Shown: positions 14,001-25,987, counted from the whole stretch's first letter. The stretch is DNA of 61,578 nucleotides, filler included, from Choristocarpus tenellus KU-1152 (GCA_964200185.2; 9 parts of 9 records of this genome joined end to end with filler, not necessarily neighbours in it); one strand, 5' to 3'. Notes: generated from the sequence alone by a model not told the origin. A program made the numbers and translations.

Positions 14001-16654
14001 TTAATAGTCAGTGTTCATCAACACTAGCCTATACCCTTCAAAGGGTTCATGAACAATACCATGAAAACAATTGGACTGCATCGCTTTTTCACAGGTTAGG
14101 TTTGGTGTGGCCCTAGTCGGCCATGCTGGCTCTGGAAAGAGTACTATCCACTGCCTCCTTGCTGAGGCATCCTCATGGCTTAGGAATGAAGAATTGAAAA
14201 AGGTGATGAATCCCTTCCCTTCGATCTTTCAGATAAATGTCAGAAAAAAGTATACTACTACAGTGGGTGAAGGAGTAGCATCAGTGTTTGGGTAAGACAA
14301 TTCAATTGACTTTGTGGTAGAGTTCCTGCCAATGAAAGTTGAAGATGTGTGAGAGGGAAAAGTTGTTCCCTCAGAGCAGATGTATGGGGATCTGACTTGG
14401 AGAATGTGTATAATACTGTTCAAAGGATGGAGTCACTGGAGAGGGTATTGAAGCACAAAATATGGATGAGGTTGCAGAAAAAGCCAATTGCAATACAAGC
14501 ACCAGCTCAGAAGGAGCCTGTCCTAGCGGCAATGATACAGACAGGGAGGAACAGAATGAGACCAGAAAGTCAGTGAAAACTACATGGCCACAGGTGTGAT
14601 GGATTTTGTTTCTCCATCTCTAGTGGTTGTTTTCATTCGAGGAGGCCCTCCACATGCAACTCAGAGCACAGAACACAAGTGTCTCAGGTGCAAAACATGT
14701 ATTTCATGGAAGAAGGGGAAGGTTCCAGTCAAAATCAGCCATTCTATCCACATCAGACTTCTCCTCATTCCCTACTGTGTCGTGTCTTGTTATTCCTTGC
14801 AGATAAGCTATATGCGCACTCCTCCCTGTGTTCCTCATTGGTTGTGTGCAGGTCAAGGTGGACAGGCTCAATCCTAAAGCCATTAGTGTGGATGAACTTT
14901 ATGGGAACTTCAATCCCTTTACAATGGAATGGAAAGATGGTATAGGTTCCAGTCTCATTAGGAGGGCTGTCACTGTGGACACAGAGGTATGTCCCTCTCC
15001 CAAGCTAGTTTTCCCCCTTTGCCTCATAGACACCTGAGTAACTTGTCTCGTATGTGGGTGGTCTGGAGTATTTGTGGTTTTGCACGACCACAACATGAGC
15101 TGTGGTGCCTGGGAGCAACACTTTATGCTACTATCACACCTGTGCAACAATACAAATCGAACTCTAAGCAGGTTTACGGCAAAACCTTCACCACACCATC
15201 AGATAAGTACGATGTGCTGGGTAGTCTTTGATGGTCCTATTGATGCTGTCTGGATCGAATCAATGAATACTGCACTGGATGACAACCTTATGTTGTGCCT
15301 AGCTTCAGGAGAGCGAGTGAAGTTGAGGCCAGACTGCTTGCGCCTACTGTTCGAGGTTGAAGATTTATTGCAGGCCTCCCCAGCCACCGTCAGGTGAGTT
15401 GAGTGTGACATCAACAACAGCTATTGAGCAATAAGTTGAAGAATCTGTACAATAGCGCTCAGATATTATGTCTGTTGGTTACATGAGACAGGGTGACAAT
15501 GAGTTGATTTCAAGGCTGTTCTACAATGTGGGCCAACCTTTGCAGCTTGTTGGTGTTGCAATCATACTCTGCTGATCCCTTCCAACATGAATCATCATCT
15601 AGCCCATAAAGATGGCGGGGCGAAAAGGATGAGCAGGCTATTTTCATTCTGGTCCTTACTGGCACTAGGCACTGACACTCTTGTGCACTATTGTATACCT
15701 GACCAATGCAACTCATACACTTATTTTGTATACCCTCTTCTTCCTATGATGCCATAACTCACCTTGACAATCGTGTTACTTCGTCCAACGGACATCCTCC
15801 CCAACAGTCGTTTGGGAGTGGTCTACGTGCCTCAGCACTGTGTGACTTGGGACATATTGTTCCAGAGATGGTTGAATGGTCCAGTCTTGGATAAAATCCT
15901 TTCTAAATGTAGAGTCCAATCTCTTCAAGGAATAAGAGGAAGACTCACAGAGCTTGCAGATATGCTAGTTAAGCCCACACTGGCATACATGAAAGAAAGA
16001 GGAGCAATTTTCCATGAGGATGTAGCCACTGTTCAGGTATGTCAGTGAACCAGTATAGCTTCGTTCTTCCTTTGACCAGTGCACCACGATTCAAACCTAG
16101 GGCATATCAAATGGACAGTCATGTATCAGCCACACCATAATTTCATTTTCCCCTCCTCTGACCGATCAACATTGATCTGCTCTGGTTAATGCTTTCTCAC
16201 GCTTCCACACCCTTGCATGCTATAAGCACTACAACAATGAAAATTTTCAACCAGTGCATACCCCCTTGAGCAGGTGCAGCGTGTCGAGTCCATGTGTATG
16301 CTCGTGGAGGCCCTGCTTGCCCGCCTGCTTGAAATGTACACACAAGCGTCACAAATTTTGGGTACCAACACATCACTGCAGACTCCTCTTTGTGGTGAGA
16401 ATACACCTCCCATTGGCTTTCAGACGGGAGAGGGAAAGACCGAGAACGGAATACATCACCACAATGATGGAAATGATGAGAGTAACACTGATAGCACCAG
16501 CAAGCTGCAAGAGGATGAGGAGTGGGGGGCATTCTGCCTACCTCATGGGGTGCTGGACCAAGCATTTTTATTTGCATTGGTGTGGGGACTGGGAGGGGGG
16601 CTCACTGGTGACCCTGCCTTTGCATTTGATGTGCATTTAAGAGATACGGTCCAG
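8009..16654 (+). CDS. DNAH: Axonemal dynein heavy chain, partial (linker, AAA1, AAA2); probably inner-arm single-headed type. Exons: 8009-8159, 8456-8609, 8992-9130, 9453-9558, 9811-9947, 10428-10659, 11509-11652, 11882-12025, 12688-12777, 13088-13261, 13514-13723, 14095-14202, 14426-14593, 14852-14986, 15203-15393, 15808-16036, 16274-16654
   Basis: Motifs: [24 protein letters not shown]; [16 protein letters not shown]; Walker [11 protein letters not shown]; VFNCSD; [19 protein letters not shown]; [13 protein letters not shown]; [11 protein letters not shown]; [13 protein letters not shown]; AAA2 GHAGSGKS; LNPKAI..ELYG; [17 protein letters not shown]; [16 protein letters not shown]. All introns are GT-AG with consistent phases. 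Confidence 0.95.
10000..10182 (+). mobile_element. MITE family A in dynein intron, 4-bp TSD AATA
   Basis: GGCTCAAAGTATCTG...CAGATACTTTGAGTC; AATA at 9996-9999 and 10183-10186. Confidence 0.92.
11222..11477 (+). mobile_element. MITE family B in dynein intron
   Basis: GAGTGAAAGTATCTTAGGGGTA...TACCCTCTAAGATACTTTGGATC; internally homologous to the 12270, 18239 and 20744 copies; TSD ambiguous in this copy. Confidence 0.9.
12270..12528 (+). mobile_element. MITE family B in dynein intron, 3-bp TSD ATG
   Basis: GATTGAAAGTATCTTAGAGGGTA...TACCCTCTAAGATACTTTGGCTC flanked by ATG on both sides. Confidence 0.92.
13820..13956. repeat. 43-bp minisatellite, ~3.2 copies, in dynein intron
   Basis: Unit GTACTTGTATTTGTACTTGTAACGCAATTACTTTGTACTACTA; ACGC at 13841, 13884 and 13927. 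Confidence 0.95.
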
Positions 16655-16693
16655 GTTCGTTTCTACGATATTCATTACTGTATAGAGCAGGAT

Positions 16694-16715
16694 GACCCAA
16701 AGTTTCTGGGGGGGG
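16694..16715 (+). mobile_element. MITE family A, left end truncated by contig end
   Basis: GACCCAAAGTTTCTGGGGGGG followed by the spacer. Confidence 0.7.
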
Positions 16716-16815
16716 NNNNNNNNNNNNNNNNNNNNNNNNNNNNNNNNNNNNNNNNNNNNTTAATTAATTAANNNNNNNNNNNNNNNNNNNNNNNNNNNNN
16801 NNNNNNNNNNNNNNN

Positions 16816-17445
16816 CCTGCATCCACCTCAGTACCTGATTCTTCAGTGGCTGGCTATATTGGTCACCCAAACCTCCAGTATCCCCATTGTTGTACACCAC
16901 CTGTGCAAATGCCGTGCAGTAATCTCGGCATTGCACGTCTCGGCCCGTTTTAGTCGTGTTAAACTGCTTAAGTCGCCCACCATGACCAGGATGTACTTGC
17001 AACCTCCACTCTCGTCCAGATCATCCTCCAATGGCCTGCTCTCACATACACGTAGATAGTGAAAGTGGGGCACCTGCAAAGCCACTGTGCCATGCATTGT
17101 CTCCCCATAGGGTCTGGGTACATGGCTTACCAGCCTTGAAAGCCGTGCATTTCAAGCAGTTCTGCACACACTCCGCCACGTCCGTCTCCATTGTAGACCA
17201 AACGCAAAACCTCTTCAGCCATTGCACCGTTGTTGGTTTAAAATACCTAAGGGGGGGTCGCGGCTGTCCGTTTGGGGTCAATTCTTCCATGTCGCTATTT
17301 TTTTGTGATTTGATTGCATACGTCAGATGGATAATGAAAATGCACTTTCCTGATTTTGGTCCAAATGGACACCCTGGTGTAGACCCCTCCCCCCCCAGAT
17401 ACTTAGGGTCTGCTGCCCTGCCATGATGCCCAGCTTCTCCCATAA
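16816..17445 (-). mobile_element. Ty3/Gypsy integrase remnant (HHCC zinc-binding region plus core), interrupted by a MITE
   Basis: MGEAGHHGRAA|TVQWLKRFCVWSTMETDVAECVQNCLKCTAFKAG; LHFHY, KYILVMVGDLS, WCTTMG..WVT. Confidence 0.85.
17235..17410 (-). mobile_element. MITE family A in reverse orientation, TSD TGTT/TGCT
   Basis: Reverse complement of the 631 and 10000 copies; removing it plus 4 bp restores the integrase frame GHHGRAATVQWL. Confidence 0.9.
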
Positions 17446-18238
17446 CCCTAACCCTAACATACATATATGTGTATGTTGAAACCTGAATTCGAATGAATTG
17501 TGCTTTCTTGTGCAGTAACTAGTTTGTGACAAAGAAGTATCATAGTGCAATAAAGCACCAGCGAATTTGTTCTGGTGAACCTGACGACATGTTTTGTTGA
17601 ATCAGGTCCTGATTGATGTGAAGTTGTAGTCATTCCTTGAGACACTCAAATGAAGAAATACATGTTCTGCGAAGAGGCTTGTCACCTCGTGAACATTTGT
17701 TTCTGAGGATGTTTTAACTCTGAATATATGACATCCAGTTGTATATCAGGTGCACTTAGTGCAGGGTGGGTGACCTTGATGCATTTAGGGGTAATACCAT
17801 CCAGAAAAAGAATAATCAATATATGAGACAAAATACATAATTATGATGTCAATATCAAAGGAAAAAAAGAAACGAACTTGAATCAATATGTGGGACAATT
17901 CATATGAGACATACTATGATTATATGTTTGGCAGATATGGACTGATCCATGATGATATTCTAACAGTAAGTGATGATCCTCTAATGACGTGGTAATGATG
18001 AAAATGTGACTAACGATCATTACAGATATGCGAATTAATAGTATGAACTGATAATATTGTTTAGAATCAACCGGACAAAAGATGAGTAACCTTTGTCCAC
18101 TGTTCCATACTTCTTATGGACCATGATATTCTAACATTAACTGATGAGGGCATGATGAGGTGCTAATGATGTAAATGTGACTAATGACCATTACAGGTGT
18201 GTGAATGAACAGTCCAGTCAGTATGAATGAGCAATACT

Positions 18239-18495
18239 AAGTAAAAGTATATTAGAGGGTACAAGTTTTGACCTATTTGTCCATTCGGGGCTTGGCTTCC
18301 CTCGGGTTTCTTGTGACATTTTCCTACTCCAAAATGTTTCAGAGTAGGTAAAATGTATACGTTATGGAAATGTGTATCCGGAACGAGGATATTGACGCTT
18401 CCTAACGAACACCATAGCCAATATTTCATCAAATCGCATCATTGGATATTGACCCCCAAATGGACGTGGCTCTACCCTCTTAGATGCTTTGGCCC
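18239..18495 (+). mobile_element. MITE family B, 3-bp TSD ACT
   Basis: AAGTAAAAGTATATTAGAGGGTA...TACCCTCTTAGATGCTTTGGCCC flanked by ACT. Confidence 0.9.
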
Positions 18496-18549
18496 ACTGT
18501 ATCGTATCAAGACAGAAAAGACGAGTAGCATATGTTTTAAGAATTCACA

Positions 18550-19620
18550 CACCATCAGGCTTGTCTGCAGATCCCTTGCCTCATCAGGTATCCACAATAG
18601 TGCCGTAACCTCAGCACCCACCCGCATCATGTCATCCTGGTCTTGATGTACACGGCCAGCAGAGGTCATAATCCTCTGCTTGCATGCACCGTCACACCCC
18701 CTAGGGCCTTACTACCCGCTAGTTGTACCTCAGCCACCACTGCTCTCGATGTCAGGGTGTCCTCCCCCTGCACCTCTGTTGACATTGCTGTGGCTCGCAC
18801 CACCATCGCAGGGACATCAGTCCACCCGGACAACAAGTCCCCCCAGCACTTCCGCTCTCCAGCGATGTGCGGGATGGTGTAGTCGTCCTGTCCCAAGAAC
18901 GTCGCTCAATGCAAGAGACGTCGAGCACTGGCCTTGGACAGATCTGTGATACACAGGGATGGATGAAAGATATATGCGAGATTACGATGGTCACAAAAGA
19001 TGTGAGTCACCTGCCAGATCACCCACTCCAGGCGCAGCTAAGTCCCCACAATGGCAAACGCCTCATCCACCATGGCCCAGCGTAGCTGTGACCCCTGGAA
19101 AGAACCACTCAGGAATCCCAGTGGCAAATGGCTCATAACTTCCACTGCCACATCTCTATTCAGCTCCACCTGAGGGACCTGTGAAACAAAACACCCCCAG
19201 TGCTTGTTAGAGGCGTCTGGAAACATCAGCACAGCACCCTCCTCCCTGGGGTGTGAGAGCTACACCACCTGTGAGACCATGTTCTCCGCACTGAAATCCG
19301 TCTCCAATCAGTAGCCCCACCCCTCAGGCTTGGGAAAAGGCAATGACGGACTGCGCATTGCAGCCTTTGGGGTCCGCCTCAGCATCCCCAGTACGACAAG
19401 CAGGTCGATAGATCCTGCCATCCATCTCCGTCGCTCCGGATGGTACACCCTGGGTCTGGCCTTCTCAGAAGTCACCCCTTCCTTCAGCACAAACCGCATA
19501 GGCTCCACACTGGCAGGTGGGTCACGCCCCAAGATTAACCGGAACAAATTGGTCCAGGTTGCTATCACTTGTTGTAGGTGCCCTCAGGCATCTGAGGGCA
19601 TCCCAGCCCTTTGACCCTCT
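18550..19620 (-). mobile_element. Ty3/Gypsy pol remnant (RT N-terminus and RNase H)
   Basis: FRLILGRDPPASVEPMRFVLKEG..KARPRVY; LMFPDASNKHWG..PLGFLSGSFQGSQLRWA; YTIPHIAGERKCWGDLLS; frameshifted. Confidence 0.85.
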
Positions 19621-19887
19621 TCTAAGGAGGTTTCTAAGGCCAAACCCGTTTTTTTTCCTCCTCTGCCAGGACTTGCAGAAAATTGTGGAGTGATGAGAAT
19701 CTTATGAGAGGGGTATTGTTCGATTAGACTCTTCCAACTCTATCGGACAGTTACGGTAAATTATTTATGGAGTAATGGAACAATCAANNNNNNNNNNNNN
19801 NNNNNNNNNNNNNNNNNNNNNNNNNNNNNNNTTAATTAATTAANNNNNNNNNNNNNNNNNNNNNNNNNNNNNNNNNNNNNNNNNNNN

Positions 19888-20012
19888 GTGTGTCCGGAAC
19901 AAGCATATTTACACTTCCTAACAAGCATGATACCCAAAATTATATCAAAATCGCAACATTGGGTTTTTGCCCCCAAATGGACGCGACTCTACCCTCTAAG
20001 ATACTTTGACTC
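19888..20012 (+). mobile_element. MITE family B, right half (contig start)
   Basis: ...CCCCAAATGGAC...TACCCTCTAAGATACTTTGACTC. Confidence 0.88.
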
Positions 20013-20329
20013 AATTCAGAAATCCTCTACACTCATTTGGACAAATGCTGGAATTTGGAAATATTTGTCAGGATCCTTAAAATGCAACCCTGGGTACCTC
20101 TCGCTTACTTTGACTTAGGACTAGTCAAGAAACACGTATAAGAGTTGAAGGGAGTGCGAATGTTGGTGATGTGATATCTCTCATTGCTAATCTGGACAGG
20201 AAACATGTTGCTTATGCCCTTGCTGTACAGCTCATACCCGAGTCTGTGTTGATGTGTACACCCCTTCATAGTCGTCTTGTTTCCTAATTGGAACCAACTC
20301 CACAATCTTATGTCGAGACTCATCTGAAC

Positions 20330-22972
20330 ACAGGCCAGTATGGGAAGAACCTATGCCTTCGGAGTTGGATGGCTTGTTAGGCACAGATACCTTCAGTGGT
20401 ACTGATGTACTCACACGGTGCAAGACTATTGGTCTCATGGGGCCAAGGCTAGGTTAGTTGCTCACGGTTTTGGCCAGGAAGTATGGCCTTGATTACTTCG
20501 AGACCTCTGCCCCTACGCCTCCCCCCTCATCGTCGGTTAGGCTGATGGCCAGTATGGTCTGGGAGTTGGATCTGATAATTTGGCCTAGATGAAGAGCAGG
20601 CCTTTGTTCAATCTAGCCTGGATTAGGAAATGTACGCGCGCCTCCGGCAGGGAAGTGGAGAGCTCTCCTATACAACCGTGCGCCTCCACAGGCCCCTGAG
20701 AGCTTTGATGCAAACATTTAGGACTCGGAATGTGAAGATGGTTAAGTGAAAGTATCTTAGATGGTAGAAGTTTTGCCCTGTTTGTCTGTTTGGGCTTGGC
20801 TTCCCATGGGTTTTTTAATTAAATTTTCCTACCCCAAATATTTTCGGAGTAGATAAAATGTATGCGTTATGAAAAGGTGTGACGGCAATAAGGATACTTA
20901 CACTTCCTATCAAATATGATAGCCAAAATTACGTCAAAACCGCAACATTGGATTTTGGGCCTCAAATGGAGCGGCTCTACCCTCTAAGATACTTTAGTTC
21001 GTTTTCACCCTCAATCGAAATGGTTTTGAGCAGTGTCTGATCAACGGTTGTATCTCTAACTCAGGAAGAATGATCTTGTCAAGATGATACTCACAGGTCA
21101 TGTAGATGAGGCCCATAGTATCCTAAAGAGTTTTTTTTGTTCAGTTTATCCATTAGGAGCTTGATGGAGTGTTGCAAGATACCCCAGTTTGATGGCTGTT
21201 GTGTGGGTATTTTTGTTCGGATGTGGTCCATGCTGGAGGGTAGAAAAGGAAGTTGCGTTTGGATTAAAGGAATTGACTCTTCTACAGGGTCACACAGGCC
21301 CCCAATGCAAACCTGACCCGCCCCCTTTTGGGATACTGTAGATCTGACATGATGGTTTGGGTTTCTGAAGCTGATTGGAATGATCTTGTGCCTCCTAAAT
21401 GCTGAATTCCCCCCAAAAAATCTTGATGTGTTGTCTCAGTTGTATGACTGCACTTACACAAGACAATGGAAGCTTGCACTCTCTCAATCACCCAGAACTA
21501 GCTACATTAACAATTTTTGTGAGCGTTTTTTCACCCAATCAAGGAGTCCCATCCCTGCTGCCCCTTCCAGAAAGCTGGGAATTGGTAAAGGAGTTGATCT
21601 GTTGAAGGATTGCCCCTTTTGAGAGGCGGTTGAAGGGGTTGGTGTGGGTGAGCAACATGACCAGGCCAGATGTGGCCAATGCAGTGAGAGCTGTAGTTTG
21701 TCATTCGCCTGCTTCGAGCCACATGCATTGGAGAGCTGTCGCTCAGATCCTCAAATACCTCAAAGGGACACGAGAGTTGAGCCTGACCTACCAGAAATGA
21801 GCAGGACTGAACCTAGTGGCCTATACCGATGCGGGCTTCGCCAACAAGACTTCTGACGAAAGTTCTACATCAAGGGGGGCAATGATGTTTGGCGCGGGAG
21901 CAGTAGCCTGGCTTTCTAGGACCCAGCATATATTTGCACAATCCATTGCAGAGGCAGGACACATAGTCATGGGGGATTGTGTGAAGGAATTGTTGTTTTT
22001 GAGGAGTGTCTTGGAGTTTGTAGAACCTGATATTTCTGGCTCTTGCTACATAGTGCATTAGGACAATGCAAGGCCATTTATTTGGGTAACAACTCCCTGA
22101 CTTCAGGTAGTGTTCCAGCACGCTCCAAAGCTTACCTCCACGGAATGTATAGCTCCAGTCCACAAGCCTGTAGATGGCGCTGATGCCTGTACAGGACTCC
22201 TGATGCACACAGACAACCTAAGGTCCAACGAGGATGGTGAATATCAGGTCAGCAAATGAAGGTATACTCTCATTCACTGTAACTCTACGACAAAGAAATA
22301 AGAGACGGAAAAGGGCTGTCTTGATCTATTACATCTATTCTTATCGACTTTACAGACGCTGTAACACATCTGAAAATCGTTACTTTGTTCTAAGTTACAG
22401 ATCTTACACTGTAACTATAGTAAATCGAACTTCCCCAATTGGGGGTTCCAGGTGCACATTTACTGCCCTCACTCACTGGTTAGAACGCGAGAAGAAATAC
22501 TTCGCTATTCGCTTGGAATAGTAAGACGAAGTACATAGACGTACGACACTGTGCAGAATGGGGAGTGTGCACAATAAGATGTTTTAGGTTTGAGAGTTCC
22601 AGCAACTCTTCATTGCCTGCACTCTCGTGGGGGAGTGTGCAAAATAGGACAATAGTAAGGTGTACCTTATTTTGTGTGTATGAGATTATTGTGTTGAATT
22701 GAGTCCATGAGATGTAACTAATGAGACAGTACATCCGGATTATATATGGGATTATGTATGGGTATTTATTCCGCATTCAACTACTTTGACATAACCGTTG
22801 ACTTAGGTAGGAAGCACAAATAATAATAAAGGAATGAGAAGACACCCCATAAAGGTCACGCTTCTAATTTCAACCATGTAATCAGGTTCAGCAATGGGGA
22901 ACTGTGTGAGACTTCACATCTTCTTGTCTTCACTACTGATAAATAGTATTACCTCCCAAGGTAAATAGCACA
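20330..22972 (+). mobile_element. Ty1/Copia remnant (RT, RNase H, PPT, 3' LTR at 22636-22972)
   Basis: KARLVAHGFGQ..DYFETSAPTP; AYTDAGFA..AVAWLSRTQ..AQSIAEA..CVKELLFLR; KTKYIDVRH near 22522; GGGGGAG PPT then LTR TGTGC...GCACA homologous to the 37112 and 38893 LTRs. The segment may be a mosaic of more than one element. Confidence 0.8.
20744..21000 (+). mobile_element. MITE family B nested in Copia RT, 3-bp TSD GTT
   Basis: AAGTGAAAGTATCTTAG...CTCTAAGATACTTTAGTTC flanked by GTT; removing it plus 3 bp gives KMVFTLNRNGFEQCL in frame. Confidence 0.92.
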
Positions 22973-23968
22973 GAAACCACCTTTTGACAGACTTAGTAAC
23001 AAGTGGCGAGATAAAAGATCATCCATTTACATTCAGATGAGTACCTCATGTGCTGATTAAGTCTTCGCAGAGGAACCTTTTTTGGAGGTATGCAGGGTTT
23101 TGATGAATGTAGAGGGTTGTATATAGTAGCAGTTGATTCTTGCTGGGTTTAGATTTTGTTGGCGTTGTTTTTGATTTCCTTTTCTTTAGTGAGCTTGGTA
23201 GCTGCTTGTATTCTCTTTCCATGTATGTGTTAACCCTGATGGATTTTCTAGAATGCAAAATTGTACCTTGAAATTTTACTCAGTTATTTCAGTTAGGGAG
23301 GGTTTTCAATTAGGCTCTATCCACTCTATTGGAGAACTCTGAATATATATAGGCAGAGTACTTCGTAGTGGGTGTGGTGAGAACCTTTCTCATACAATAT
23401 GTAAGGGAAAATTTATGGTTTATGGAATGCCCTACCCAACATTAAGCAACCACTCTACAACATTTGGCAACATCCCTGTGTTTATCAATCCTACCATATT
23501 ATTACTCTAGGGGGGGATACTTTAACACGAACCTGTTAGTTGATCAGGTGTGTGCGATTCAGGAACCTTTGGAAAGCAGTCGACTACACTGAGCACGTTT
23601 GAAATGGAAAATAAAACTAGAGATGGTTAACCGAATGGAATTGGTTGCAGTTGAAGTTGAAGAGTTCATTGGTTGTGGGCAATGTTTCATTCGACTTTTT
23701 TGGGTAGTGTATGGTACATTCTCTTTGACAACATCCTAAAGTTCCCTTCGGTCTTTCGACCTCTCTTTGAGGGTATTAAAGATGTAAGAGGAGTTTTGTG
23801 GTGTACTAACGACCACATTTTGCCATCGATGAGAATTGAAGAAACAAGTTGAATACCTTGCCGTTATATTAATCCTATTTTGTAAACCACAGACGACAAA
23901 TCAGTCTTTTACAAGGGTGCATTTAAAAAAAGTTATCATACCTCCCAACACGCACAAGAGTTACCAAA

Positions 23969-24659
23969 ATGGCTATTCGCGAGGAGATGGTCAAGCGAGC
24001 AGTGACCTTCCTGCGGCATGAAAAAGTCAGGGACGCAGCGAAGACGCAGAAAGTGGCTTTTCTGAAGGGCAAGAACCTTACCGAAGAGGTAGGTGGGCCT
24101 AGTACAACTACCAACTTTTTGACTTCGAACCTTTGCTGACTGGTAAGAGCCAGAAGAAATTGTAAACATTCACTTACCTCGCGATGCTCAACTGTGCACG
24201 TAGGAAATAGAAGAATCTCTCAAGCGTGCCCTCTCTATGGGTGGCAATGAGGCTGTCACTGGAGAACAACGCCGGATCATGCTCTCCAACAAGGTCAGCG
24301 CTTCTCAGAGTGACGCAGTGGTCACGGGTGGAATGGTCTACATTAGTGGACAAACTGCAAGTCAAATCTCCGGATCCGATGAGGAGGTAACCGATGATGC
24401 AATCAAGGCTAAGGATGCTGAGGCGCAGACGGTGGCGACGCTGGAGAAGATTGAGCAGTTACTCAAGGCAGCAGGATCGAGCAAGGAAAAGGTGGTGCTT
24501 GTAACTATCTTTGTACAAAACTTAGAGCAAGATTTAGAGGGCGTCGAACGGGCATGGAATGCATGGGTAGTGCCAGGTAAGCAACCCGCACGAACATGCT
24601 TACAAGGAATCTCAGGAGAGGGACTCAGAGTGCAGATTCAGGTGGTCGCCAGGGCGTGA
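23969..24659 (+). CDS. Pex14 N-terminal-like domain fused to a Rid (YjgF/YER057c/UK114) domain; exons 23969-24088 and 24204-24659; 191 aa
   Basis: Exon 1 MAIREEMVKRAVTFLRHEKVRDAAKTQKVAFLKGKNLTEE joins exon 2 EIEESLKRA across a phase-0 GTAGGT..TAG intron, matching the Pex14_N pattern. It continues SDAVVTGGMVYISGQT...QTVATLEKIEQLLKAAGSSKEKVVLVTIF...WNAWVVPGKQPARTC...LRVQIQVVA, a Rid-family signature. Confidence 0.88.
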
Positions 24660-25987
24660 CAATGGTGATACAGTTGTTCCAGTGATCGTAGTTTGCGGGA
24701 GGTACTAGTACGGGTTCTCAAACCCCATCCCGACTTGACAGTTCCGACGGATGGTTATGTATGACTAATAGTACGACATGATAATAGGAAAGCCCATGAC
24801 CACTGGAGAGGATGCCCAGGGTGATGTCCTGTATTGTGGTTGGGGTTCTTACCAATGTGGCAATTTGGAGGGTATGAGAGTAGATGTAGTGATTGGAGTC
24901 ATAAAACCTTACCATAGAATCCCCTTTAAAGCATTCACCGATGGCATAAGTGCTTTCGGCCTTGAAACCCCGTCTGTGGACTTTCAGACCAAGGCATATC
25001 ATCACCCTGAACAATTATTTGGCAACGAAGAATTGAGGGATGATCAGTTGCGAAGAAGAGTGAGTTTCGGTAGGGAAGGTCACATTAGTGAACCTTTAGG
25101 AATCCCCAGGCTGCAACTGGTGTCTCATACTTCCCCTGTTTACGTCCAGTTCTTCATGCGAACAATCAGAGCATTTCGAAGTGGATACAACCAAGTAGAC
25201 ACAGGACTCAAAACCCATACAGAGGAGGGGTGTAGGACAACTGAGAAAAGATGCAAAACAAAATTAAAAAATGTGGAAGTCCAGCACCAACATAGAAATA
25301 TTAGCGAGTAGCACTACACTATTCAGACTATATCAAATCCTGAAGACCCTGTGTGCCACCAGTACACCTCTGAATGGCCATCACTTCACTACCTCTCTGC
25401 CCAAGGTAGACTGGAAATTGGAGACAATCTCAGGCTCTATGTTTAAGGGTTCTTGGAACGAGTTGGAATGCCATGCAAGAATTGAGAGTTGTCAGTTTCT
25501 TGAGGAAAATGTCTTCTAACCACCATCCTAGTGCATACACACTTATCTGTATTGTATATTTACAATATTGTGGCAATACGTGAACAGGAAAGCACAATAC
25601 ACTCTTCATACAAAGCTCTGGAGTTCCCTCATTTTCCTACCTCCTAGTGACCCTGGTTATTCCCATCCATCCATATCACTTTGCACTATCTCGACACTTT
25701 AATGATAAAAACCCCAAAAAGAAGTACCTCAAAAAGGTAACCTATACCCTCCCCTGTAACTCCAACATGGCAAACTCACAGACTTGCATACTTCCTGGAA
25801 GAGTTGGGAAGTAGCAACATCCTCTCATTTGAAGGAGAGCTAGGTTTGACCAGTCATCATTCCACTGAAGAAAGGGATATTTCCTTAAACATTCAATCTA
25901 TTGCCGTCCGTTTCATTCTTCCCACCCTAAATTTTCCTTCAGAAGGCCTTTTAATCACTACAAAAACTGGCCCTGTGCAAAGGGTTC

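Noticed and set aside
24648-24659. C-terminal ARA as a PTS1 peroxisomal signal
   Set aside because: Does not fit the [SAC][KRH][LM] consensus; not claimed
24718-25519. ORFs 24778-25311 (+) and 24718-25014 (-)
   Set aside because: No recognisable motifs, and I could not build a consistent exon chain
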